From Lama glama (Eukaryota): DNA of 64,000 bases. The stretch lies in the NCBI GenBank assembly GCA_028534125.1, contig CM052816.1:35900001-35964000 (forward strand). Direction: 5' to 3'. Shown piece by piece: positions 24,451-37,380 of the stretch (positions within the stretch are counted from its first letter, which is position 1; the number at the start of each line of letters is the position of its first letter). The notes beneath the pieces were generated by a model that made no database searches, was not told the DNA's origin, and was given only the letters and a program-made list of their open reading frames with translations. Both the position numbers and the translations under genes were made by a program.

Positions 24451-27385
24451 AGTCTTGTTTGGAGGAAAAAAAATGCTTTGTCAGCCAAGTCAAGTATGTA
24501 TGTACTGAGAATTTTTGTGACCCCTGATCTTTTATGGCTCTGTTCTCTGCTCCCCACCCGACCCCAAATCCATGGAAACCATTTGAACAAGGCAGCTTAC
24601 TTTAAATATATTCTCAGCACTGAGTATCGTATGTGAAGTAATTAAAAATCATTGAAACAACAGATGGTAATAAAATATGTACAATGATAGATTCACTTCA
24701 CACATAGACTCCCCTCTTGACCCACCCACACAACTGTTAAAATTTTTACACTAAGAACCAAATGGGCTACAAGCGTCTGTGATTATTGGTGTGGAAAATG
24801 CTCATGAATATGGGCACATAAACTATCCCAATGAGTATCTAAATGAGTTCTGGTCCCATTATTTCTCAAAACAATTTCTGAAAGCACTTGTGGTTGCAGT
24901 GAGCGTAGTCCAACCGTATGGCCTTGGAACATGCGAGATTCTTGCCTTACGTGTACATGCCATTTACTTTTAAGATAAGATCATGCTGGTGAATAGAGAT
25001 CCCAGATCACTGACATTTGACACAGAACTATAAATTCTCTTCCTCTGGATAGAACTCATTTGGAAGTATGTCAAGAATGTCATTCTTCCTAAGGTTGTGG
25101 TTTGGAGGGCAAAGAAGGTTAGAATATAGGAAGGAACTACCACTGTAAGAGAGGAGATGAGTGATTCCTGTTTCTTGAGCATTTTTAGGAAAAGTCTTGA
25201 CAGCCTTCCTGAGTCATTTACATTTGTTCTCTTAAGTGCTTTGATAGAAGGCATTCTTGGGGTACAGGTGAGGAAGCCTAGGAAGGGAAGCCTAATTTGT
25301 CTATTCAAGATGACTATCTCCAGTGAGAGCGAAGTTGACATTCATTAAGGCATTTCTGGGCCACCTTAGCTGGGGCTACCTCTTCCTTCTGCTGGAACAG
25401 ACTGTCGGGCTGCGGTGTGTAACCTGGTGGGTGCAGAACCACGCCTGGAGCCAGGGTGTGGAATGTGAATAGCTGTGTTCCCCAGTCTATGTGAATGTTG
25501 TGTCAGTCACATATTTGCATAAAACAGGGTAATACAAAAGTAATTCATGGTCAAGAGAAGGCAGGAGCATGAGGGAATTTCTTTCCTTGCAGGGTTTATA
25601 GAGGGAGAAATTTAGGAAATTGAAACTGTAAGCAGAGAACAACACAAGTCATTTAAGTTTATTAGCAAGGGGTAAAACTCAAGCAAACAGATGCCTTAGT
25701 ATCTAAGATAATTACTTCCACAGAAACCCCTCTCCTCTTTGGGGATCAACATAAGTAAGCAAAGGAGAAGGTAAACAAAGAGCTTTAAAGAATGATCTCT
25801 TCTGGACTTAAAAAAACAAAAAACAATGATGATAAAATACGAAAGATACAGGCAGATTGCCTCCTTTTCATTTCAAGCCCCATTTGGGAGATGTATCTCT
25901 TTGCAGGAGAAACCTCATGTAGTTCAATTTCATTCTAGAGTTTTAAAATATTTACTATGGAAAGGAGTATTCATTCTCTTTACTGGGTGTGTGTGTGCAT
26001 GTGTGTGTGTGTCTATGTCTATGTTTATAATTAGGTTTTCATTTGTTGGAGCCTATTTAACTCAATTGGACGTTATAAGAGCTCTTGATTGTATCTTTTC
26101 CCTCTTACTTGTTTTAGGTCTTTTCAGTTGCTTTTTGCAATCTGGATAGGGGAGTATGGGAATTAAACTCAAAGGACTGATTCTGGTTCTTTAAGCAGTT
26201 TGGGGACTTAGTCTATGAGAAAGTGAAATCTGTTGCTTATATTTAGAGTTTGTGGCTCTCTGTAGGCTTAATTCATTCGTCCTGGTCCTCCTTGTCAAGT
26301 ATAATTTGGTTGGCTTAACATGCCTAAATCCATGACCATCTGCATAATTTCTCTTTGAGTTTGTTCTGTTTGCCCCAAATTTGCAGCCTTTTGAAATGGC
26401 AAGTCTGTCGTCTGTCCCTAGACTCTACATATCACTCTCACAAGACCACATACCTGGTAGGGGCTCAGGAAAAACTGTCAACAAGGTTGGAATGTTGGAA
26501 ATCTTTTTTAGAGCAAGTTGAGGACCTTGGTACCTTTTATAGGAGCTGGAGTGGAATGCACGCTCCTCACTTTGCACTGCAGCCAGAGCACCTGTTCAGT
26601 GAGAGGAATCAGCTAAATTACTAGATGTAATTGATGTTTGTGCAAAACATAGAACATTTGTTTTTCTCTCCTTGTGGTTAATGCTCAGCTTGATAATTTA
26701 AATGAGGCTTTTCCCTCTCTCTTCCCATCCCTCTCTACATTCTGTTGAGCACATTTTTTTCCCTCTTAGCCTTTGTCTCCTGGGCACTAACAGTTGTTAA
26801 ATGTTTCTTATGGGGGATAATATATTTAGGAAACAATTTCCATTCAGGATTGTCATGCTGCCTGGCCCCTTTCTACCACACAGGTGATGAAATGCAGATG
26901 CGATAGTTACCTTCCGCAAGTCGAGTCATTTTAAAGTGTATGCACGTAATACATAGTTTTTAAATAATCTCGGCTAAGAGCATAAACTGGTCTATGAACA
27001 AGGATGGCCTGATGAAGCTCGCTTCCCTGTAAACATGGCCTGAGCGGAATCAGCCAATTTCAAGGCAGATCAGTGTCAGTGCAGAGAGACCAGGATAAAT
27101 AGCCAACAAACATCTCTTGAAGAAAAGAAAAATCATGAGAAGATCCTCTTCTGGGACACGAGGATAAAGTTGAGGTGACCAGAATGGGCCTCCCAGGTCT
27201 GTATTCTGACTGTGCAGCAACGTGCCAAAAGGCCTAGTGGCTGCCTCTGTTGTTGTTTTGTCCGTTTTTAATAAAAATAAAATCTAGTTGTTTGAAAAAC
27301 TGATTCTGACCATGTAAGCAGCAAGTAGAATTTGAACACACTTCCCAGACAGGGATTTGGCTTGTCTAATTTCTTGCCAACCCAT

Positions 27386-27569
27386 TTATTTATTTTTTAT
27401 TTATTTTCTATTATAATTTATTAAAATTTCTCTCGTTTTCCTTTTCCCTACATCTTTTTTTTTTAATCAGTTGAAGTACAGTCAGTTACAATGTGTCGAT
27501 TTCGGGTGTACAGCACAATGGTCATGCATATACATACATGTATTTGTTTTCATATTCTTCTTCATTGAA
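27386..27569 (-). mobile_element. Truncated young LINE-1 3' end with extra downstream segment and second A-rich tail
   Basis: L1 terminus 27455-27569 is collinear with 52288-52400. TSD core gccaacccat (27376-27385) / gccaactcat (27570-27579), followed by TTTTT/AAA. Confidence 0.8.
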
Positions 27570-28374
27570 GCCAACTCATATTTTTAAATGAGTTACTGCA
27601 TGAGCCAGGGAAGGTCATTGTTAAGTTTATAGCTTCATCCTTGCTCGTGGTAAGTCGTGCAGCTCTCCCAGTTTGTCTGGCTTTGATCACTTTCTCTGGT
27701 GCATGTTGGTTTGCAGCCTGATGCTTCACATCATAGGGCCTGGGGTTAGTCTAGTGCACTGGGGGGTCCACATGTCTTCCCTTAGCACCTCCTGCTGCCT
27801 GGATTGTTTGGCTACTTGTTAGAGTAGCGACCCCAGAAGAGAGGAACTGTTATCATATCTTAGAATTGTAGGTGACAAAGAGAGAAAAGTGATGACACTG
27901 TCTTACAGATACAGGGCGTAATCACTGTTACATACACAATTTCAAGTGTAAATGCCTGATTTTCATACCTCTGAAAACCTTACATATTATTTCTGCCACT
28001 TTTCCTCTCCTCCTTTCCCCCAGCATACAAGTAGGTCAAGAAGTCTTCTGAGAGTCCTGAAATAACTTTCAGGTTTCTTTGGAGGCCAGGAGGCTTCCAC
28101 TTTCACTGCTTCCCGAATTTTCCATCAAAAGGAGGAGAAGAGGGCAAGCAGAGAAGGGAAGTGCATGGTTTGGTTAAGCCTGTTAGCAAGCATTTTTCTG
28201 TTTTATACATGTCAGTCATTTAAGTGGCTCTTGACTGCTATTATGATTTTACTTAGAAAATTAGCCCTATGGCCCCTTATTTTCCCTTGCCTTCTGCATT
28301 TTGCTAAGCCACAGGTGAAAATAAATGGGATCTCTAAAAGATTTGGTGTGTCCATTTAGTCTGCATTGAGGTAC

Positions 28375-28615
28375 AGTCTGAAGGTTCCATGAGAAATAAT
28401 CTAGTTGACCCCTCCATGTAAGATTACACCTGGTCATACCTGAGAGGCATTTGTTAACTCCAGAAATGGACGCTCTGCAGTCTTCTTTGATAATTCACGG
28501 ATATGCTTAAAAGCTGAAAACTTCTAAAGACCAAATTGTCTCTAATTTTTAACCTAAATTCTTCCCTTATGATTTTTGATGGACTCTTCTTGGTTTCCCT
28601 TCTGAAGTGACAGGC
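28375..28615 (-). mobile_element. CR1/L3 LINE 3' end
   Basis: gaaggttccatgagaaataatctagttgacccct ... aacctaaattcttccctt ... ttggtttcccttctg resembles the reverse-complement L3 terminus. Confidence 0.5.
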
Positions 28616-30355
28616 TTCACTTTATAGAATAGGTGTGTTCCTTTAAGATTGGTGCATTTCTGTAAATACTAGGCCATTGGAGCTATTTTCCCATTGACTT
28701 GCATCATAAAATTGAAAGCCACATTTAAACCACTCCCTGCATTTAAAATGTGCACATTAATGGAGAATAATTATTTTGGGGAGAGGGGTAGTAAAAATAG
28801 TCATCAAGTAAAAACACTCCAGGGGTGCCTGAAATACAGTAGCACAAGGTACATTCTCTCGGGTCTGGATGCGTGGGAGAGCGCTGTCCTACATTTCTAC
28901 ATTCTGTTCGTGGTTCTAAGCCCTTGCTCAATCTCGTGCTTTTAGCTGTTCTTTCTAAAGATGGATTTATGAGGTCTGCTATTTCAGCTGCTTACTCAAT
29001 AGGCCTAATTAGGGGTGGGGATGTATTTGTTTACCATCTTTGGTTTCGTTCTTTATAGGAAAGGCTAGCTAGCGTTTCCTGATTTCTAGGTATGAAGTGC
29101 CTTTAAAAACCATTACTGTGAGCAGTTATTTTCATAATTGCAGATCTTTATGTAGTGAGTTTTTTTTAGGCAGGCTTTCTTCTTAATTAAGCATGATTGA
29201 GTAAAACAAAAATACCTGAATATGAGCAATCCCATGAGTCAGCCAAAGAATTCGGAAACAAAGGAAAAAATACTGTAAATATAATATTTTTCAGTCCGGT
29301 GGTATGAGAAGTTGCATGTTAAAAACAAAACAAAATAAAACAAAAAACTGCACTCACTCCAGCATTAGTTTGGGGATTTTGATGTCAGTCTGATTTTTCT
29401 CTTTGAGTGATCTGCTTTACATAGTAGTCTTCATTTCAGCAGTTTTACTTACATGCTTTGCAAAGCATTAAACATACCAGTGAACTAAACTGTCCCCAAA
29501 ATGTAGTTTCATTTTATATCATACAATATCTTCCACTGATTTTATCACCAACCAGATGTTCTTATGTAACTTAACTTATAACCACAGTTCTGAAACATTT
29601 AGGGCTAATTTCTACTATGGTACTGTCTCAACTTCTCTCATGGAAAGATAATTATCTTTTTCATATTTGAGGACTGACTTATTTTAAAGGGTTGACTAGC
29701 TCAATGAAATCTACCCCACCCCCACTTTTTGCCGTTAGTTCACGTGTCTTGGATAGTGGATGTAGTACCTGATTTGGTGCCACACTGTGATTCATCCCAA
29801 GTTCATTATGAAAACTGTTTATTTGTAATTTGCAGCCACGAAAAGAATGCTGTTCAGTTTTCCTACTTCTCCGTATGGCTTAATATTATTTAAAATTGAT
29901 CAGCACCTTAACTTGATAACCAAACTACCGTTCTGTCTTTTGAAATAATTTATCCTTCCAGATCCCAAAACTGCTTTCCTACTTGCCTTGGACTGGCTGT
30001 TGCTTTTAATAGAAATGACAAGACAGTGAGGTACCCCTCTTTGCCCTCTGTGTGGTACAACAGGAATAAACCAGTGGTGGGTATCAGTGAGAGGGTCCTT
30101 GGTTTTCATATTTTACAGAAGTTGACTTAGAATTTCCATTCAGTAGCTCTTATTATAAGTGAGAAGCAAGAAACTGACCCCACTGCATCTTGCTGTGGGT
30201 ATTGCATGAAACTCTTCTTCAAATCCCAGTTTGGTTTTGTCCACATCTGTTGGAGGATGACTTTTCCCCCTGATCAGAGAACATTCTCCATCTGATGTGC
30301 CCTTTTTTTCCCTGCAGTAGAATAACCAGAGGACTAATAATTAACCATGATGGCT

Positions 30356-30449
30356 TTTTTTTTAATTGAAATATGGTTTACAATGCTGTGTCAATTTCTG
30401 GTGTACAGCATAATGTTTCAGTCATACTATACGTACACATATTCATTTT
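30356..30449 (-). mobile_element. Truncated young LINE-1 3' end (~95 bp)
   Basis: Poly-T + aattgaaatatggtttacaatgctgtgtcaatttctggtgtacagcataatg. TSD catgatggct (30346-30355) / catgatgact (30450-30459). Confidence 0.85.
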
Positions 30450-30844
30450 CATGATGACTGTTCTTACCACCACTTCTGCTCTTGCTTCACGACAGTTGAA
30501 TGCCTGCAATTGTCAGACCCCTTAAGTTCTTTATGGGGAGCCTCAGGATATTCTAGCAGCAATGCAGTTCATTCATTTATTCCACAAAGATTTATTGGGT
30601 ACTAGGAAATTCACACAAGATACCATAGTGAAAGCAACTATAAAAATTGATAGCAAGTTGTTCATCAGCAATAACTATTAGTAAATGCTGTCAGTTGGGA
30701 CGGAAAACAAATCAGACGTTAATTGTGCCCATTAAATTTCTTAATGGTTGAGTTTTTATACTAAGAGAGACTGGCAATATTCAGAAGATGATGAAAGACT
30801 CAAATAATATTTGAAATAAAAATGTTCAGTTATCACACTTAAAA

Positions 30845-30899
30845 CTTAAATAATAAATTTAGGAAATGCTTAAATAATAAATTTAGGAAATACATAAAT
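30845..30899. repeat. 24-bp tandem duplication (about 2.3 copies)
   Basis: cttaaataataaatttaggaaatg / cttaaataataaatttaggaaata / cataaat. Confidence 0.9.
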
Positions 30900-33019
30900 C
30901 TCAGGGAAGACACTGTGGCCAGCTACCAGGACTGTGCCCTGGCTGTGTGCCTTTTCCTAAAAGGGCTGAATTCTGGGCAGCCAGTTTTGCTATAAAGGAC
31001 ATCAAAAAAGGGGGTTTAACTTCAATGAGCCCAGCTCCTTGGTGTCTGGAGGCCATTTGTTCAGGTGAAACTGGTGGCTACTGAATTCTGGTCACATGAA
31101 AAAGTTTGAGGTTACTTCAGAGGATAACTCCAGCAGTGTTCTTGGCTTACTGCCCAATCATTGGTTTCTTAAGAACAGAGTTCTGTTTTGTAGACTTCCT
31201 AAGGGGGTTCTTATTGGTTCTGTGGGGAAAGTGCTGATATTCCCAGAGGAGCTTGGACCTCCTTAGTATTCCCATGGAGCTTATTGGAACCTTTGGGAGA
31301 GTTTGGTTTGCACATAGTGTTTCTCCGGAGATGTGCACTTCTCCATGGTCACTGAGCCTGCCTGGGTCCATGATGCATTCTCTTCTGGAGCTGTGACTAG
31401 GAGTAAAGCCCTCATCTCTGCTCTGAGGTGCAGGTCAAGTGTACAGATCACCAGATGATCTACCTGTATTTGACCCGCCCATTCTGTTTGGTTTGCTGTG
31501 ATTGTCTTCCAGAGTTGGTGGTGAGAGGAATGAAAATACTCAGTTTATCTGTGCATTCTTGAGTCACCAAATAAGACATACACTATTCTAATTGAATAAG
31601 AGCTGTCTTCTTCCAAATAAAATACTCATTGGTAACAGCACTTTTCAAGTCTATATTCTAAGATGCAACCTGGTTTTCCACCCAGGGTGGCAGTGCTGAC
31701 ATCCTGTTATACAGACCCTTTTCCTCCCTTGTGTCCACTTTGCCTTTGCTCTCCAGTCCTAGCGTGACCCATGCTGGCCTTCCAGGGGCAGGTGTTCCTA
31801 CAGAGTGCCCACTCTGTTTGTAGCAAGCCCCAAGAACTTCCATCGAAATTCTCATTCATTGGAAAGATGTCTGAAGAAGCAAGTTCATGTTTAATGAGTG
31901 AGGAAATTATACCCCCATAATCTCATTGCCTTGTCAATGCCTGGTACACAGTAGTGCGTAATTAATATTTTTATATCCAAATTATTCTAGTAAAACCTGA
32001 TATTTTCATATTTTCCTTTTTTAGGTACTTCAATCTGAACCAGAATTTTTGGCCAAATTATTTCTACTTCATTTTTAGTTCTTTTAAACATAGTGAAATT
32101 TGTTTGGACAGTCACTTAGGCTGCTGTATTTGGGGTGGGGTGAGGTGGCTGCTCTTAGGACAAAATATGCTAATTCATACTAAGCTAGCTTCTCACTTTT
32201 TCCTCAGAGAATAGTTGTGAGAACTATGGATCTTTGTTTACCTAAATTTTATAGGATTAAAATTCTTTATCTTGGTTCTTTATTACTAGTTCATATATAT
32301 GGATGTTATACACATGACCTTGTTTTTGAACTTTAGAAGGTGTCCTGTTGTTTCCCTATCGGAGGGAATTAAAGTTTTTGGTCAGGGAAACTTAGGACTC
32401 CTGTTGTTACAACCTTTTGAGCATAAAGGAACCCTCCTAACTAGATTATAGTTCCTTACAGCTGTTTCCTTGAAAAGCTGATCTTCTATTCATCTGTTTT
32501 AGATGGAATGTGAAATTAATTGACAATGATCTGGCCAGAGAGTAAAAGATAAAGAGCACATTTGTTTTTACTTTTTTTTTTTTATAGGATCGTGGTAAAT
32601 TCCTTAAAAATTATGCTTAGTTTCGTTCTCAATATTCATTTTCTTCAGAGTGGATGAAAATTAAAATAATATTTAAAAATTAGCTGAAAAGATTATCATC
32701 TGGTCACTTTTATGTTCCCAAATACTATGCTCTGAGGCCTGTAGCAGAATTCGGTGGAAAATTGTTCCTGATTGAGCAACACCAAACATTTTTGGCTTAG
32801 CTTCCTGAACTAGTAAAAGATACGTAATGTACAAGTCTTTAAGTCTTCAGAAGGCCCTGTTCTGTCTTCAAACATACATTAAGTCATTTATTATCTGTGA
32901 TAGTGGTTGATATGTGCTCAGGTGAACAAAACATAATCCCAGTCCCAAATGAACTTAAATTTCTTAGGCAGATATGCTGAAGGATTTTGAATACAAGCAG
33001 TTTTAAAATTTTTATTTGT

Positions 33020-33075
33020 TGAACCCACCAAAATTTATTGAGTAACTGCTATGTGCTAGCCTTCAGCATATCAAA
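33020..33075 (-). mobile_element. L2 3' terminal fragment
   Basis: ccaaaatttattgagtaactgctatgtgctag matches the reverse-complement L2 tail. Confidence 0.55.
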
Positions 33076-35479
33076 AGCATGTAACACTACACTAATTAAA
33101 AGTGAAAACAGGCTTGTAAGTAATATTGAATCACTGTCAGAGCTACTACTTTGTAAAAGTCTTCAGTCTGTCTTTTTCACACTCATCTCCCACTTAGAAA
33201 TGATTGATTTATATACCCTTGTACTCAGAATGAGGCTTGGTTACTGGGGTTTGTCCAAGTACGTGCAGAAAGCAGTTCTTTTTCTCCCTTTCTTTGAAGA
33301 GAGAGGATTTGAGGTGTTTTCTATCTCTGATTCTCTTTCACTTGTTGGCATTGACCTCAATTGATGTCAGCCATCCAAGGAGAACCCACAACAGGCAGTT
33401 CACTTCGCTTCTGAATGTTGAGCAGAGATGTTTTGGCTGCTAACATGATACAGAAGTCTTGGTTCTCATGAGGCCCTGGGACAACCAGTTTGTCTCTTAA
33501 GACATAAAAGGATCTGTTTTCCCTGCACTAGGGACATAGACTCTACTCTGTTCCCATTTACACACGAAGGCAGGCAGCTGCGCGGGTGGAACTTGAGTCT
33601 CAATCACAGGGAGTTATAACATACGAAACTTGAATGTGGCAACTGTTATTGTCTGCAGTCGTGAACTGTCTGGGGAAATTCAATCTCAGCCTTGGGCCTG
33701 GCAGTGCAGGCTCCAGCAGCACCGGGTCACCAGTGCAGATGACTTTGGAGCTGATTTTAAACACTTTTCATTGGAACTGAAGTATAATTCTGGCCTGCAG
33801 CTTAATCACATATTCGAGGTGCTCTGGACCAGTGGAATTTTTTTTTTACTGTTTTTGGCTGTGACCATCCCTAAAGACACAATGGGTCTCTGGTGCTCTT
33901 TGTTATTCCTTCATATGCCTCGGGGGTAAAGGACCATGATAATGAATAATCTCTCAGGATCACATCACAGGGGGAATGAAACTTTATAGCAAGTGGGGAA
34001 TGAGGTAGACTAAATTATTTCTAAAGCCTCTTTCAGGACTGTCTATGAAACAGTTTACCCTGTATTAGTTTGTTCCAAGGTGAAAAATAGGATGTTACTG
34101 GAAGCGATGAGTAGAATTTTGGCAGACAAGTGTACTGGGGACGAAGGAGCTGGATCTGAGTTACACGGGCGGGCATACTGATATTGTTTACAGCCTGAAT
34201 TGCTCAACTTTAACTAGATCTTGCCGCAGTCGTACTCTGATAAGTTTTATACACAAACATGCACATGCACACATGTCTTAAAAATTTCTCATTGAGAGTC
34301 ATTTTCCAGCTTTACCTCAAAGCACAAATTGACAGTAAAAATTATTCTTAGTATACTGGCTCAGTGCTGAGATCAGGAAATTCGCTAAGCTTTTTTCTTT
34401 TTAACATGCTGTTGTTAAGATCAGAGATTCCTATTGTTTGAAAGGCAGCAAATTGACCAGAACAGCCAAAGTCTTGTGTGGACAACAGAATGGGTTATAT
34501 ACGAAAGGGTATGTCTTTGTTTTTGCTTTGCAATTGTTCACCCCAATTTGTCATCATTTCAGATAATCATGATGAGAAGAAGATCCCTGCAAGGGGGCAT
34601 AAATAGCAGGAGAAAAGGAATTTATTAAGGTATAGGTCCTGTTCTCACACAAATGTCCCTCATTTTTAAATTCAGACATAGAATTTGGTATCTTATCAAA
34701 ACTGTCTCCGAATGGACTATTCCTCACATTGTTCATGAGGTCCTGTCAGAGATTTCTTTTAGAGTTAAGTATCCTCCATTGCAATGGCAGTTGGTGACTG
34801 AAAAGAGCTCTTTAAATTGTAATTTGTATGTAACTATACAGACTTGTCAAGTCCCTTCAGAAGTGTGATTATGTAGTCCTCTAATGTACCATTCTGAGGG
34901 GCTGAATTATTGTTAAAGTCCTCATCAAAGGCATATAAAATCAGCCTTGAAAGTCCAGGAAATGCTATGGGTGACTGCAAACTGTTAAGAGATTTATGGA
35001 TAAAGACTTTTATTATAAATGTCCTGACTTGTGGTTGATTAAACATCCTACCTCCTTTGTTATGTAGTTGAAATGCTGTAAACAGCTGCAGAGTTGGATT
35101 GACTAATAAGTGAAGTCAGCGAATGACACAGGTCAGAAGTGCAGCTCTTGGTGTTAAGGTGGCAGATGAACATTCTGCTGGAAGGGAATCAAGGGGTGCA
35201 GCCTCTAGGGTGGATGAAAGCATTTTAACTGAGTCATTAATTCACCCTGCGTTTTCTTAAACTGAAGTTACCAAGTCATGTGGCTGATTTCTGTTAGTAA
35301 GAAGACTATGGCACTATTAATGTGGCTTTAATTTTTCTTCCTGTTCTACATATAATGATTTTATTGAAGGTTAGGTGGTCTCTCCCTTTTTTCTTTGAAA
35401 GACTGCATCGCAGAACTCTAGAATTGTCGGGACGTCCTGTCTGCTGTATAGGTCTAAAGAAGAACATGGCTGCATTAAG

Positions 35480-35705
35480 AAAAGGCCTCAGCAGCAGACC
35501 TGAGTTTGAATTTGGGTTCAGCCACTAGCTGTTTAACCTTGGGCAATAATAATGATTACAGTAATAGCCACTGTTTATTACATATTCTTTGCGTACATTT
35601 GAACTCACGCTCTTAGCCCTGGAAAGTTGTCACATAGCTGGTTAAATGGAGAAGCCAGAATTCCCATCAAGATGTGACTGTCCCTTAAATTCATGATCTG
35701 TCTTC
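35480..35705. mobile_element. Two adjoining MIR fragments (+ then -)
   Basis: cagacctgagtttgaatttgggttcagccactagctgtttaaccttgggcaa (+), then gtcacatagctggttaaatggagaagccagaattc (-). Confidence 0.6.
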
Positions 35706-37353
35706 AGGGTCACAATTACTTAAGCTTTGTGCACTTCAGTATCCACATACATAACATCGAGACATGTTAATACTTCTAGAGATGTTGGGAAGAACAGAGA
35801 GGGAAAGTTGAGTTCACAGCGTCCAGGAGGCCCAGCAAGTGGCAGTTCTGATCAAAGTCACAGCGTGATTGGCGTAGCCTCCACCTCTTGCGGCTTCATA
35901 GGCCCTTTCCTCCTTGAGAAAAATACTGAAAATTCTGTCTTAAGATTGTGCTGGTATAAAAGCAAATATAATTAAGGTGGACTTTATTTGTGTTTTCTTT
36001 TATTCAAAACAAAAAAGGAAACCTTGTATAGTCCCTCAGGACTGGGGCTCCCGGGCCTGGCTGTAAGTTGCCCAGATCCTCACAGGTTCACTTTTTACCT
36101 TCAGAGCCCTGGCTTTTTCTTTGGGAACCATGTTGCTGTTATGTCCTGTCACTTTGTTGTGAATTCTGCTTAGCCAGTGTCCATGGGTGTGTGTGTGTGT
36201 ATTTGGGGGAAGAGATCTGTCATCATTGGTGTTCGCTGGACAGATGTTCTCAGCAGTGGGTGCTTATGAGGATGGTTCTTGACTGACACAGTCTGGCTTC
36301 TGCTGTTTATCACTTATTTTTCATGGTGCTTGACACATCTTACAACTTTCGGACCACTCATCTTCGTACTGAAAGCTATGTATAGAATGGTCTGGAAGAG
36401 TTTCTCACTTCTTTTCCCCTCTACTGATGAGAACTGGCAGTTACTTTTGGCCCTGTGTGGCCCCTCCTGGTCCTCTCTGGATTGGAAGCTGGTTTCCAGG
36501 GCAGATTTTCCTTGTCTCGTACCCATGAAATCCACAACCAAACACTGATTACAATCAGCATTTCTCAATTTGCAGAATGAAACTCATGGTTACTTCAGAC
36601 TTGATGGACTTGGGCCCAGTCCTCATGCCTCACCAGTTGGATTGACTCATAACTAGTTTAATGACTTGGTGTTGGGCTGGCTTAGCTCACAAACTTCTCC
36701 AGGAGAGGCCCTCTTGTATCTTCTCAACACCTAAGCATTGAAAAATTCTTGTTGACTGACTGAAGGAATGAGTGGCTGGCAAAAAACCAGCCAGTTACGT
36801 CCAAGGTGCCTGTTTGGTTGTGTTTATAGATTCCATCCATTAAAAGCTCGGCTGTCTGGGTGAGGCCCCTACTCCCTCCACAAAGTTGAGAATTTGAGAG
36901 AAACCTTGTATAATCTTATCAGGATCCAGGCTTTGTTCTCTGATCAGTTAAGGGAAAAAAATACCAACTGTCAGGCATAACCCAAGATTTCAGGAAGCCT
37001 TCCACAGCGATGTCTGAACCCCAGTGCTCCGAAAAGCTTTTGTCCCTCCCGTGGATGGCAGACAATATGCTTGCTGAGGCAGCCGGTGATATAATTAAAC
37101 TTTTGACCACATGCATGACTTTAAGTAAAAAAGTGGCTAAAGCTCTGTGTCTAACGTGATTGAGGGTTGGAATCCAATGCTGGGGCTCCCCCAACTAATC
37201 TCTCCTTTCAGAGTTCACTAGGGGCTGCCCTTCTGGGGGTCCAGAGTTTACAATAAGACCCTTTTATACTTAGAATGTCAGCAAAATACTAAGACGAGCT
37301 CTTCCCGATACATGAAGGGCTAAGCCTACCCATTCTCTCCTCTTGCCATTTGG

Positions 37354-37380
37354 TCTGATTCTGTCCAGGACAGAATCAGA
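37354..37380. repeat. Perfect inverted repeat, 13-bp arms with 1-nt spacer
   Basis: TCTGATTCTGTCC-A-GGACAGAATCAGA; the arms are exact reverse complements. Confidence 0.95.

Noticed and set aside
30960..31400. Stretch with balanced composition suggesting a processed pseudogene (74-aa ORF on -)
   Set aside because: No recognisable protein in the frames read, and no poly-A tail or TSD found.
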